Assembly: GCF_009914755.1 (NCBI RefSeq) | Contig: NC_060940.1 | Length of the DNA: 64,000 nt | Source: the human T2T-CHM13v2.0 reference genome, Homo sapiens | Reading direction: 5' to 3' (one strand) | Shown: piece after piece, positions 16,651-33,130 of the stretch | How positions within the stretch are numbered: position 1 is the first letter of the stretch | Layout: every line of letters starts with the position of its first letter | Notes under the pieces: model-generated | Seen by the model: only the letters and a program-made list of their open reading frames with translations | What the model was told of the DNA's origin: nothing | Databases searched by the model: none | Made by a program: the position numbers and the translations under genes

Positions 16651-17543
16651 ACCTTAGGAACATTTTCATGAAAAAGCCCACATAAAATTCATTTTAATGC
16701 ACGTGTTTATGCATAGCTTTCTATTTTTCTCTTTTCCCTTTACATTCCTAATTCTAATCAGAGAAGGGAATCCCCTCTGTACCTCCAGGATATTCAGTAA
16801 AGACCACTGGAGGTTCATGCCCTAGTGACAGTGCTCATTTAGCTCCAAATTACAGATGGCTCTAGACTAACTCAACAAAGCTTAAAGAGAAGATTTAAAA
16901 CAACAACAGACAAATACTCATCCTGAAGTTACTGAACTGCCTGCCACAACATTGTTCAAAGGTAGCCAATCAAATCTAGATATTCAATAGCATAACATCA
17001 AAATACCCAAAAAAAACTCTGAAATGCAAAGAAGCCGTAAGATATATATAATTAAGATATATATTAACAGGATAAAAATAAGTCATTTATAAATGACAAA
17101 AAAGAAGGAAATTTCAAGGTTCTTAAAGTAAATATATTTTATAAATACATATAGATAAATACATATATATGTCAAGGTACTTAAATGAAAATTAAACATA
17201 GGAGAAAAATAGAAGTTATAAAATGAAAAATGTGACATATATAGATGAAAAATAAATATTTGAAATAAAAATTCCATGACATAGAATAAGTAATGGATTT
17301 TACCCTAACATCAGAAAATTTATAGAACAAATTAGAAGCATTACAAACTAAAGGACAAATGGTAAACTAAAATAAGAAAACCAGAAACTCACTGATACGT
17401 CAGACAATATGCATCAGTGTAACATACATGTAATCAACATCTCAAAAAGGATGGGTGGGGTAATTATAGGTGAATAAAGAATGGTACACTCATTCCTGAG
17501 GGCACCGAGGAGGGAGGATAGCTTTAGATTTCTAAGGGAGGGT

Positions 17544-17661
17544 ATTATCCATTCATGAAGGTCCAACCCCATGACCAAACACCTCCCAGTGAGCCCCACC
17601 TGCAACATTGGGGATCAAATTTTAACATGAGTTTGGAAGGGGCAAGCATTCAAACCATAGC
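17544..17661. mobile_element. MaLR LTR fragment (MST-like)
   Basis: catgaccaaacacctccc...aacatgagtttgga...caaaccatagca terminus. Confidence 0.65.
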
Positions 17662-19064
17662 AAGAGTTAAATTTCCTTTTTAAGAAAATCACTGATATGA
17701 TTCCACTTCGCCATAGATAAAAACTAGTATTTCAGCCTACCATTGAGTGTGCTTATAGCTCACCAAAAGGGCACTCTGTCTCGGGAATACAGATTTGCCT
17801 ACAGGTATCCTATTGCAGTCAAAGAAAGAGCAATGAGGGATAGAAAAGGTTAGTGATGGAGACACCAGCGCTGCATTTTGCAACAAACAATGTAAAAACT
17901 TTACGGATTGGTTCTGCTAACTTACTACAGTTTACATGCCTCTCAGGTGGGAGAATTGTTGCGTTTTTTCTTAAGATAGAAAAGCAATTCAGATAATCTG
18001 AAATCTCCACAAGAAGGATAAGAAGCACAGCAGAAACTATTCTAGGCAGGAAGTCAATCCTTTCAACTGTCTGTGCTCCATAGAAACAATTGTCTGCACT
18101 GGGAGTCATATGAGGTACAGACAACAGCCAGACTTCTGATCCTCTCATTAGTGATTTCAGAAGAAATTACCAGTCAACTGAGTAACTCACTGAGTATAGT
18201 AAACATTTGGCACTGAAAGAGGTTAGACGGATAACTATTTGTATCACCATATTCATGAAGCTGGAATATTTTCCATTACTGGTATCACATCCGAATGGAA
18301 GATGTTAAAAGGTCTCTCATCATGTAAGATAGATATGAAAGAACATTTTCTGAGAAATGAAATTATTAACACACCTGTGAGGTGCATGGAAGAGAAAAAA
18401 AGAATAATCACCTTGAGTTCTTCTCCTTGATAAGAGAACTCACTAAAAACATAAAGAGAAAAATACAAGTTTAAAATAATTAACCAGAAGAAGACGACTC
18501 TAGAGATTTTAAATTGCTGATAAGATTTTAATTTGCTCCAAGTTGAAAATAATTATATTGCTTGTGTTTTAAGGCACATAATGAGCAATTATATCACACA
18601 TGATAGTTTCAGCAGTAAAATATGATCCGTTAACAGCTGGAACTCATAAAAGCATAGCACAATGTGAAGATGGAATTTGCTAAAAGAAACCATCTGCTGA
18701 AAACTGCTATCCTGCAAATTTAAAAATAAAGTTTAAATGTTATTTGTCTTATTTAATAGGTCTGTGAAAAAAATGCGCTATTTGAAAAGTAGCTGCTACC
18801 TTAATTAATTCTTTATATTAGACGGCTGGTTACAGTAATGCACAGTAAGGTGCTACATAGATATATTGCTAAATTTTCTGCATATACTATGTATTTGGCT
18901 TAAATTATTTGAAATTTTATAGTTAAAATAACAAATGTATATTTAAATGTTGTGACACAAATTGCAAATATACCTTTAAAAAGCGTCTTACACTCTAAAT
19001 ATTATTTGTCACCTATATATTTGTCTTTCCTCTATAGGAAAGTTTAAATTCTTCCCTTGAAGCT

Positions 19065-19960
<896 letters not shown>

Positions 19961-20944
19961 ACCTCCATATGTACAATAAAAATTATTGCGATTTTTAATC
20001 TTTTCTGTGGAGAAAACACAGTTGTGATTTCTAGTGTAGCTGAACATCGTTTATTTGACAATATTGCACTTCTGTGTGGGTGTGTGCATGTGTAGCTACT
20101 TTTTAATTTGGTTCTCACAAAATGATTAGATACTAACAATTAATTCAGTAAAATGTATGTTTTGCAACATTTCTCCATGTTATTATGCTTTAAATTAGTT
20201 TAATCATGCCCCTATAATGTGTACATTTTAACCTTTGACTACAGGTCTCAATCCTACTTTGGTTCCTGTATTTGAATTTATGCTAATAAAGTCCTACAGC
20301 TAAAAAAGATTACATAAACTTTTTAATATAATTTTTACTAGTATTCTGGTGTCATTTTAAATTACGTAATGAAATCACATTTTAATTTGGATTATTGTTA
20401 TCTGAGTTAAAGATCTAAATTTTTAATTTTCTTATAAATATTACATAATTATTTCTGAACCATATATTGACTAATCTGCCCTTTATAGGATGTGCATTAT
20501 AAGAGCTTGGGATTGTTTCATTTGCAAAGATGAATGCTTGAGAAGTAGATATTTAATCATAACATTTCAAAATCTACTGGATAACCTAGAATTGAAAAAT
20601 AGCCTATAGGTTGAAAAACTCCTGTAGTGAAGAAAGAAAATAACTAATATACAGTGACAATATAAATATTATAAGTATTTATTTTATTATCACCCTGAAA
20701 TTTGATAATACAAACATGTAATATCTACATATCATCCATATATCAGGTCATAAAAAATCAATACATTCTTCAAAAATTTAGAATAACAGAAAATGCACTC
20801 TCTCTCCTTGATGGAATTAAGTTACAAATAAAAGTAAAAATAAGTAGATAAGTAGATGGAAGTAGATGTTTAAAAACAAAGAAAAATATTTGTTTTGGAT
20901 AACATAAAATCTCAATTGACAATTCCAATATTTCCAGAACTTTG

Positions 20945-21135
20945 CCTGTCAACTGGTAGAGAGTTTTCCCCAGGAGACATTTGTCAATGTCTAGGGTTAT
21001 TGTGGGGATGTCAAGACTGGTGGAGGTGTGAAATTTAGAGGTCAAACGAAACACCTAACATTGCTAGGGCAGCCTCCCACAACAAAGAATCCTCTGGTCC
21101 TAAAGGTAAGTAGCACCAAGATTGAGAAACCATAA
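20945..21135. mobile_element. hAT-Charlie MITE (MER20-like)
   Basis: ccccaggagacatttgtcaatgtct...gcagcctcccacaacaaagaat...gagaaacc. Confidence 0.6.
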
Positions 21136-21867
21136 TCTAGACAGGAAACACTACGTAGCTATTCCAAGTGCTCAGGAAAACACATCAGTGCCCTCGAGGG
21201 GAAAAGTGTAAACATTTTAATTGCTGTACATGGTGACACAAATCCATGTTGTTAATCTAAGTGGAAGGGGCTGAAGCACAAAACATAATTCAAAGAGTTT
21301 ACTTGAGCCACAATGAGGACAGCTGCCTGGAAGAAACAGACCCAAGTATCCTTGGATATGAACTCCCTTTGGAGCTTTGCAACAAGCAGTTTCTTAAAGG
21401 CAAAAAAGGGTCCAGAAGTGGGATGATGCAAAGAGGTTTGTCACAAATTCTCATTGGCTTATGGAAATAACATTTATTAGTGACTGGCTATACACTGTTA
21501 CACTATTTTGGGGTGTGGATTATAGTGTCTGGTGTGGCGTTATTGGTTAATTTATAGCTACTGTGGCAACAGCAAGCAGCCTAGATGAACACACAGCTCA
21601 AAGAGGAGCAGGACAGAACTGCTGTCTCATTTGAATAACTCTCTGGGCCTGATTATATAAAAGGACTTGCATTTCTCACATGAAAGTTATTTTCTTTTCT
21701 CAATGTCCATAAATGAGAATAAATAGACGTAAGATACATCTTTTCGAGGATGAGGTAAATGGAATGAAAAACAAAACCCAAGCTGACCAGAAATCATTGA
21801 GGGAAGAAAAGGATATAAATACATGGATTTTTTCAATGTGATTTTAAGCTATTAGGAATCAGTTAAA

Positions 21868-22433
21868 TGTTGGGGGAATTTGTCTGAGAATGGGCTAAAG
21901 AGAATGTCGCTTTTGCCTTCTGAAGTTTCCCTGAAAATCACTAATAGGAGGCAGATAAATAGTAGAAAAGGCATACAGGTTTCTGCAATGTGTGTACACT
22001 GGAACCCTTAGAACGAAGACCCAGTCACACGATGCGAGCAGAAGCTTATCTACCACATGAAGTTTACAGAAAAATGGGGTCTTGGATCACAGGGAAAAGA
22101 AAGAAAAAGGTTATGTGAGAAAACGACCCTGGCTAGCAACAGTGGACTTATTACATTGGTGGAACCTCACTGGGAGTAGTCCTCAGAGAGAATAGACAGA
22201 AAATGTTTCTTTCAGACCTTTAGAGACCTCAGCCTCTCAGTTAACCTTTCCTAGATCCAGACAAGGGGGCAGACCTCAGAGAAAACCTGGCTGCATCATG
22301 GCAGATTCTCTACCGATGCAAATCTCCCCAAGACAGCTTTGCAGCTAACATTGCATTTGCAGCCCTTCTCAATAGCCATTTTGAAATATATCAAGGAAAT
22401 ATATTTAGGGGTAAAATATATTAGTTTCCTTCA
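21868..22433 (-). mobile_element. ERV1 MER4-group LTR (MER39/MER34-like)
   Basis: TG...CA ends; aaatatatttaggggtaaaatat...ttccttca terminus. Confidence 0.55.
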
Positions 22434-24329
22434 TACAGCTGTAAAACATACAGGAATAATTTTTGTCAATGTCTACTACAAATCCAATATAGCAGTAACT
22501 ATGAAACCCACCAGATATTGATGAAAAAATATGTAGAGTACCTCAATTACAAATGTTGATACTAAAATGCCAAATAAAATACAAATAATATCCAACAATA
22601 TTTGAAACAGTAAGACAAGAAATTGGCAAAAAAAAAAAAAACAAATATCCACATTTGGGATGAAAGTGTGTTTCCAAATTTGGTAATCCAGTAATATTAA
22701 TAATCATATTGATTAGCCCAAACTAAAAATAAATAGGCGATTCTCAGTACATGGTAAAATATATTTGTTAAAAGGCAATATTCATGTCTTTAAAGATTTT
22801 AAATGCTACAAAGAGTCTGATATTCTATATGCAAACGTGTATGTCCATTAGAAGAAGAGAGGCCTGATTTTCATATGTTACTACATAGAGATAGAGAAGT
22901 GGATAGATTAATTTGCATATGCATAGAGAAAGCATAAAATAGAATTTACTATCATATTAAAGGAATTTTAATTCAACAATAAAATAATTCAAAGGTAAAA
23001 TTTTAAATATTTTTAACAGGTACATTATTAGTATTAGATAATATTTATAATAATTGTGAAAATATTCAGCGCTAAAATAAGATACAATGTCTAAACATCA
23101 GTATTAAAACTAGTATAAATATTTGCTTGTTTATACAAGGAAAATTCAAGCTCAACCTCAAATTATAAGGGAAATAAAAGAAAAATATTAAGGGAGCTCT
23201 TTAATGACATAAACATATATATATAAACACACACATATTACATGTATATATGTTATATGGGATAGATATAGATTTAACAGGTTATATCTATATTTGTATC
23301 TGTAACTACAGCTGTATGTATCCACATTTCTATATATTTACTCAGTGATATAAATGTAGACTGGAATAAATATAAAGACACATATGATTCTTGAATAAAA
23401 AGGATTTAGTATCATAAAGACAAATTCTTTCCAAATTCACTTATGAATTCACAACAATATACAGTTTCATTAGTATAATTTAATATTTCTAAATAAATTC
23501 CAAGATTCATTTAAAGGAATATACATGTATACAAGCAGTCGAGAAAGAAGCAAGAGGGCACTAAACTAACTTGCTATTAAAATACATTTTTAAACTTAGT
23601 CACTAAAACTGAGCAGTACTGATTTGGAGTACTGGAATTTAGGTGTATGGGATCTCAAAAGCACAGAGCTCAAAGGAGGCCCCTGTATGCACGAGAGCTT
23701 AGGATGTGCTTTAGAAGGCATTACCAAACCTCGGGCAAAGTTACTTTAGTGTCTTAGTCTTACTAGGTTTGAAAAGCCAGAGAAAAGACTCAAGACCACC
23801 ATATAAGAGCAAAACAAAAGGACAGGGAGAGAATGTGAAGATACTGAAACATTTTACATAAAGTTGTATAAAACATCCTTTAAAGAAAATATAAACTTTA
23901 GGATATACATCAAAATCAGCAGAGCCACTATATAAATAAATAGGCATTGTAAAATAACAAGAGAAAATTTAAATGGATTTCTAAAAAATATTGACACCTA
24001 TGATTTTTAAAATATGTTTAAGAAATCCCGTATTTCACAGGGCAGCCTTTCACAACACAGATATGTTAGGACATAAAGGTCCTTCTGTTTTTAATTTACT
24101 AGTGTTTATAGGGTTACAAATGTCTTCTACACTTGTCTTTTGTCTGATGGTGCAAAAAATTTTCATAAGCATGTATTTCTGAATGCCTGATGGATTGACA
24201 TATATAATAAGCTGCTAGTATTAAAATATGAGACGGAAAACGCATCCAATCTTCTCACTGTTTACGTAAATTCTAGGTTTCTCCTCTTTACCTCAAGCAC
24301 ATATGGATCGAATTCTTACCTTTTAATAT

Positions 24330-25310
24330 TGCCATGGCATTCACATTGAACATAAGTTGAACTCTCTCATATGGTAGCTGGGTTCGGATTCTCTTGACAA
24401 TTTCCAGTTCTAACCTTCACAGTTCCTCAGTGTGGTTGGCCCAGATATTGACCCTACACAGTTGTCTCCTCGTGGTGACTACCAGCTATGGAATCGTTGG
24501 ATACAACCTACCTGACTCACCCCACAGACTTCACAGCACACATGGACAGCACCCACATGCCACAGTAACCAGCTCGGTTGCAGCGGGAGTCAAGAAATGT
24601 GCCTGCTGGCACTCACCCCACTGACTAGTACCCCGTGGAAAACTTATTTGGGTAATGTTCTGGGCCAAATAATGGCTGGAGTCCCACAGACCCCTTTTCT
24701 GTCTCCTGCTCCCCACTCATCTTCCCCATTTTGTTCAGCCCTATGAGGTGTGCTACTGTATCAGTCCATTTTCACACTGCCGGTAAAGACATGCCCAAGA
24801 CTGGGTAATTTCCAGAAGAAAGAGGTTTAATAGACGCACGATTCCACATGGCTGGGTAGGCCTCACAATCATGCCGCAAGCTGAAAGGCACATCTCACAT
24901 GGCAGCAGACAAGACAAGAGAGATTGTGCAGGGAAACTCCCCTTTATAAAACCATCAGATCTTGTGAGACTTATTCACTATCAGAAGAACAGCATGGGAA
25001 AGACCTGCCCCCGTGATTCAATTACCTCCCACCTGTTCCCTCCCACAACATGTGGGAAATCAAGATGAGATTTGGCTGGGGACACAGCTAAACCCTCTTC
25101 TCAGCTACCCTCTTCTCTCTGGATCTGTGAGTAATAAACCTACTTCTGTGATTTCCCATGTTTGGTTCTGTGGCCTCCATGTGTCTGAGCTGACCTACAC
25201 TGGAACCTAACTCTCTTCCTGGCCAGGGTCTCTGAGAGTGGCTCTTGTCAGAAATACACAGGACACAAGTCAGGCAACAGTCACTAGGCATCTCCTAGTC
25301 TCAACAGATG
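24330..25310 (+). mobile_element. Old LTR (ERVL-like) interrupted by THE1
   Basis: TATA-like ccctatga just before the insertion and ctgtgagtaataaa after it; boundaries approximate. Confidence 0.4.
24757..25103. mobile_element. THE1 solo LTR
   Basis: tgtatcagtccattttcacactgc...gggacacagctaaacc..ca; 5-bp TSD GCTAC at 24752-24756 and 25104-25108. Confidence 0.9.
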
Positions 25311-26693
25311 TTCTGTGAGAGGGAGGCCTGGCCGTGGGATGCACACCTGGCCACTGCTGGGGTAAGGAAGTGTCCTGTGAAAGGCACATGTTAAGCATCC
25401 ACAACCCCCTGACCAGAACCCCAGAAAGGCAGGGCTCCAATTGACAGTCACTCTCCAGAGACAAACCTCAAGCCCTAACTGGAGGAAAAGAAAACAATGT
25501 AAAAAGTTCAATTTATCTTACTATTTTAATGATCCAGTAAAGACATTCTATGCCTGTACACCACATATTTTCTTCAATTGTGGATTTATTTTAGATAGAA
25601 TTTTAGGTCTGGCTTTCACTTTAGCCTGGTCCCTACCTCAAGCATAAGGTAAAGATTTTCCATGCGTTCTTTTCTGGTACTACTACCTGCCAGTGTGGGG
25701 TCATGTCCTAGTCTATCTTGAGGGAATCCCCCTGTTCATTATTGTCAGAGTGAGACTGTTAAGTCTTGATTTCCCTGGACAACTTCACTGCATGACTTTT
25801 AATATGATTTTTTAATATACCCTTTACTGGACAATAAATTCTATAGTTATCTGAGTAAGAGATATGGTCAGGAAGAGGCATTGCCTCATTCAGCTTTTCT
25901 CTTTGGTGAACTCGCATATGTTCTCCTCACCCGCCAGTCACCTCTAAACCGTATTGTTCCAAGACAACAAACAGAACTCGAGTGTGTATCTTTCACCACT
26001 GGATTTGTGTTTGCTCCATAAAGCTTCATGCTTAACAGAGTTTCCGTTAGCATTTTCTCTATTTATTTTCCCATAAAATATCACAGGCCTTCTTCATATG
26101 GAATTATGGGTGATTTCCTTCAATCTGCATCATATCAAGTTGAGGTTCATGTTGATGAAAAGTAAAACATACATTGAAAATATCAGTAAGGATGTTTTCC
26201 CCTCCTTTTTAGCACCTGTGCTTGTGATACAAGCACATTTTAATACAACTGTACTCTCATGCTTTGATCATTCCTATGATGAAAATAACATTTTTAGATA
26301 AAATATCTGAGTTTTATGAGGCCTTTAGTATGTGATGTGATAGAATATCAGAAGACCATACTTTTTTCTAGTTGTCCGTGCAATTCTATCATTGTTTCAT
26401 CTTTACTCCTACCAGAGTAATTTTCCAAAATACATATCTTGTCATTCTTCCTGTTGTTATCAGTAAAAAAGTGAAATGAAAAGCTAGATTATATAATTTA
26501 TCTACAACAAGAAAGTAGAATTGAATCTATATTCATTAATGAGTCTAACCAGTCAATTACACAGACAGGCATTTTACATTTTGAAGATCATATGGACCCA
26601 CTGTCAGAAATATTATTTTTTATGTCTATATGGACATCACCTGTGCATATTTACATAGAAATCAATGAGAGTTGATTTTTATTATTATATATA

Positions 26694-29089
<2,396 letters not shown>

Positions 29090-29417
29090 GTTTTTTTAAA
29101 ACTTGAGTTGTTCAATAAAAAGTAAACTTCATAAATTCACATTTTAAAATAATTAGAACTACCTCATAGACGCACGGTACCTTCTAGGTTGCTAAAGCCC
29201 TCTTCATGTCTCTGAGGCTGAAAAACACAGGAACCACTGCTTTAGGTGCCCTGTGAGACAGGCCCTGCTCACCACAGAAGCGCAAGCTCACACAGCTTCC
29301 TAGAAGGCAAACTTGAAGTACCAGAATCAAGTTCTTTCAAGTGCTAATGTTGGTGCTGGGTCCTAGTGTAAAGCCAATTTCCCTTATCATACAGTAACTG
29401 AGCACAAGTTCACCTAC

Positions 29418-29648
29418 TGGTTTCAGCTGATTCAATGGGCAAATGTGACACGTCCGCATGTCAGAGAACTGCACGGTGATTTTGCCCTTCGGGGTGATGC
29501 CAGTCACAGTGCCTTCTCCAAACTCATCGTGCACAATTTGGCCGCCCAGGCACAGGCGACCATCGATGCCTCCAATCACAGCCAGGACCGCCATGAGGCC
29601 CCCCACTTCAGGGTTCTCGGAGTCGGGGAAGTAGTCCTCTAACTGGGC
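29418..29648 (-). pseudogene. HERC2-like exon 42 (last retained exon)
   Basis: AQLEDYFPDSENPEVGGLMAVLAVIGGIDGRLCLGGQIVHDEFGEGTVTGITPKGKITVQFSDMRTCHICPLNQLKP; frame open. Confidence 0.94.
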
Positions 29649-29752
29649 CTAGTGCAGACCAAACAGTGAGCTCGACCAGGGACACTCACGGAGCTGCCCA
29701 ATCCCTACAAGTTTACTGTTCAACTAAATTAATTCTGAGAACACAAACTCAC

Positions 29753-29949
29753 CCCTTCAGAAGGCCTTCCCGCAAAGCTGTGGGTGATGGAGCGGAGCTG
29801 GGAGTTGATGTACTTGTTGATGAGCCCATTCCACTGAGTCAGGGAGTGCAGCGTGCACAGCAGTGCCACCACCACCTCCACCAGTGTGCTGCTATGGGTG
29901 GCAGTCAGCAAGGCCTGCGGGCGCACCCTGCGCCACCTCGGCATGGACT
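29753..29949 (-). pseudogene. HERC2-like exon 41
   Basis: ESMPRWRRVRPQALLTATHSSTL...HSFAGRPSEG; frame open. Confidence 0.94.
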
Positions 29950-29983
29950 CTGAGGAGGAAACAAGGGGAGAAGCTGCTGCACT

Positions 29984-30163
29984 GCTCTTCACCAGGACAC
30001 AGGGAAGGGAGACGGCCACCGACCTCTGAGTGATGGCACTGTGCCGCAATTCACCAGGGCACAGGGAAGGGAGACAGCCACCCACCTCTGAGTGATGGCA
30101 CTGTGCCGCTCTTCACCAGGGCATGGGGAAGGGAGACGGCCACCCACCTCTGAGTAATGGCAC
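29984..30163. repeat. 62-bp minisatellite, ~3 copies, overlapping the exon 40 donor
   Basis: units start at 29984, 30046 and 30108. Confidence 0.9.
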
Positions 30164-30295
30164 GTCAGAGGAGCAGGTAGTGAGCAAGCTCCCCAAGAAG
30201 TCAAACAGCTTCTCCACCAGGCATTTCATGTCCCTCGCCCTTTTGGTCTTGTCCCATGACCGAAGGACTGCTTGCAACAAATGCACAGCTAAGAT
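30148..30295 (-). pseudogene. HERC2-like exon 40
   Basis: ILAVHLLQAVLRSWDKTKRARDMKCLVEKLFDFLGSLLTTCSSDVPLLR; frame open. Confidence 0.93.
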
Positions 30296-30360
30296 CTGAT
30301 AAAAGAAAACTTAAAATAACAAGCATTAAAAATCTGATTAAGAAACTACAGACTGTTACT

Positions 30361-30681
30361 TTCTCTTTTCTTTCTTTTTTTTTTTTTTTTTTTTTTTGAG
30401 ACAGAGTCTCGCACTGTCACCCGGGCTGGAGTGCAGTGGCACGGTCTCGGCTCACTACAACCTCCACTTCCCAGGTTCAAGCGATTCTCCTTGCCTTAGC
30501 TTCCTGAGTAGCTGGGATTACAGGCACCCACCACCAAGCCCGGCTCATTTTTCTTGGATTTTTAGTAGAGACAGGATTTCACTATGTTGGCCAGGCTGGT
30601 CTCAAACTCCTGACCTCATGATCCACCTGCCTCGGCCTCCCAAAGTGCTGGGATTACAGGCATGAGCCACTGCGCCCAGCC
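30361..30681 (-). mobile_element. Alu (AluSg-like)
   Basis: poly-T plus full antisense dimer. Confidence 0.95.
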
Positions 30682-31119
30682 TCTCTTTATTTTCTGTTCT
30701 CATAATGCAAATAATCATGTGAAAATTTTGAGATTCGTTATTTTACAGCCAGGTAATTACACTCAAGTTGATTAGTGATTAGGATTGTCAGGGACTTTAG
30801 AAAAAAGCAACATTACAGATGCATGTGTTTAATTAAAAAAGAATTATTTTTAGTTTAATTCTTAAGACAATTATGCTACAAATTCTGTGAAGCAGATGAG
30901 CAAGTAGTTGCAGGATTTACCACTTAAAAGCAGGTAAACTAAAGGTTAGTAACTTACCAATTATCAAGGACCACTGCCCCTTGCCTCCAGAAAATCTACC
31001 CTGTTACTTCTAGACCCTTTCTGCACTCCTTACTGAATAAAGGCCCGACTCTAAGGGCAGGGAACTTCAGTACATGGATGCCTCTCTCAGGGAACTGGTT
31101 TTGCCTGGCAGCACGTTAC

Positions 31120-31301
31120 CTGCCTCTGCAGCGAGGCGGCAGGGAAGGGTGCGTGCCCTTTCATGACCTTCATGAGCAGCGTGATCCACTGCGGGGAGCT
31201 GAGGGCGCCGCACACCTGCGGCGTGAGAGCGATGCTCCGCACAAACCCCAGCATGCACCAGCTCCGGTGTTGCTCCCTGTACACCAGCCTGTTTGGAGAA
31301 G
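31120..31301 (-). pseudogene. HERC2-like exon 39
   Basis: SPNRLVYREQHRSWCMLGFVRSIALTPQVCGALSSPQWITLLMK...LQRQ; frame open. Confidence 0.94.
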
Positions 31302-31503
31302 CTGCGGGAGGGAAAATAGACATGCTTGGTAACAAGTCCCTAAAGACAAATCCCTAAAGATAAATCCTTATTTTTTTATCAACTTATTTTATTTTCTACA
31401 ATAAGCTCCTTTAAAATATATTGCAGTTTGTAAATTAATTCAAACTAATTCAAAGTGAGAAGTGCAAGAAGGCTTTTAAGGTAGTTCAAGAAACATTTCC
31501 GCA

Positions 31504-31640
31504 TTTTTTTTTTTTTTTTTTTGTTTTTTTTTTTTTTTAAGAGATGGGCCCTGCCCTCACTACGTTGCCCAGGCTGGTCTAAAACTCCTTCAAGTGATTC
31601 TCCTGCCTTGCCCTGCTGAATAGCTGAGACTACAGGTATT
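31504..31640 (-). mobile_element. Degenerate Alu fragment
   Basis: poly-T, then gagatggg...gttgcccaggctggtc. Confidence 0.7.
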
Positions 31641-32133
31641 TTTAAAACCTTCTAAGTATGTGTAGTAAAAGTAGTTAGGGAATTTTAGCTATGTATTGTT
31701 TCTAGGCAATAAGAAAATGATCTATAATTCAAATAGCAGTAATTTGCAACAGTGTATCTACTGTATTTTTAATTTTGTGTTTTAAATATCTCCACAATCT
31801 TGCTTATATTTAATCTGCACCACTTAAATACTTTTTTTGCATTTTTAGTAGAGACAGTTTCCAATCCAAGTTTAATACATCTGCATTAACAAAATGAGTT
31901 TTTCACTAGGTTTACACCACTGGATTCTGGCACCAGTGGGCCCACCTCTGCTCCGCCTGGCTCCAGGACTCCATTACTCCCTGAATGGAGGCTGAGGCTT
32001 GGAGGCTGGGCCCCCCTAAGGGACCCCGCCCACAGCCCCACAGGACCTGCTCTCGCCTCCCACCTCCCACCCGCCCACCTCCCCCGCCCTCAGCTATCCA
32101 AGCTTTTGAGGACACCTGCCTTCCTTCAGCATA

Positions 32134-33130
32134 CTCACATGCGCTCACACACACACACTCTCACACCCTCACATGCATCCTCACACCCACACCAAGTTAT
32201 TCAGACACACTCATGGGCACTCACACACCCACCCTCACACAGGTGCACTCACACCACTGTCGCAATCACTAACACACACAATCCCAGTCACACGTATGCA
32301 CACACAACCTAAGATGCAATCTGACACACACTCCTATGCACTCTCACATACACTTACCCCTCCCACTGCATACAAAAACTCACATATGCACTCACACTCA
32401 ACACTAGTCACAACCGATTCCTCACCCACTCACACCTTTACCCACTTTCTCACTTTACACTCACACCTACACCCACTTCCTCACTTTACTCACACCTACA
32501 CTGTTACCTCCCACTGACACAAGCAAAATGCTCACATTCGCTCACACGCCTTCACAATAACGTCACTCGTGCTCACACTGATTCAAGGCACTCATACACA
32601 TTTACACAAATGCTCACAATCGCACACTTACACTTGTGCTGCCACCCATACTTCCTCACACTCATCAAGCCTCACTGACTTACACTTCATCTCATTGGCA
32701 CACCCAGTAATCCCCTCACACTCACACTCATGCCTCCCTCGTGCTCACCCTCACACACACACTGGCTCAATGCACTGACGCTTTCACTCCCACTTCACCT
32801 GACTGTAGTCACCTGCCCACTCACATGCTGTCACGGACATACACACCACTCACATAAATGCATGCATACATACACCCACACAACCACATGCTACAAACAC
32901 ACTGTCACACTTGCAACACAAACGCTCAGCCACTTGCCCATCAACCGCTAACACACTCTCACCAATATGTGCAGATGCTCCAGCACACCACTAATACATG
33001 CATGTTCTCACACACACTGGAGCACACCCACATACCCACCCTCACATGTGCTCACTCTCAGTCGCATGCACACTCACCCCACTCCCTCAGCTCACATTTC
33101 TCATACTTACTCTCCACACACACAAACACT
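32134..33130. repeat. ~1 kb degenerate CA-rich simple-sequence tract
   Basis: cacac/ctcac-rich; produces spurious His/Thr-rich ORFs. Confidence 0.9.

Noticed and set aside
17819-18148. 109-aa minus-strand ORF in the left block
   Set aside because: No recognisable domain or supporting exon structure; the length is compatible with chance.
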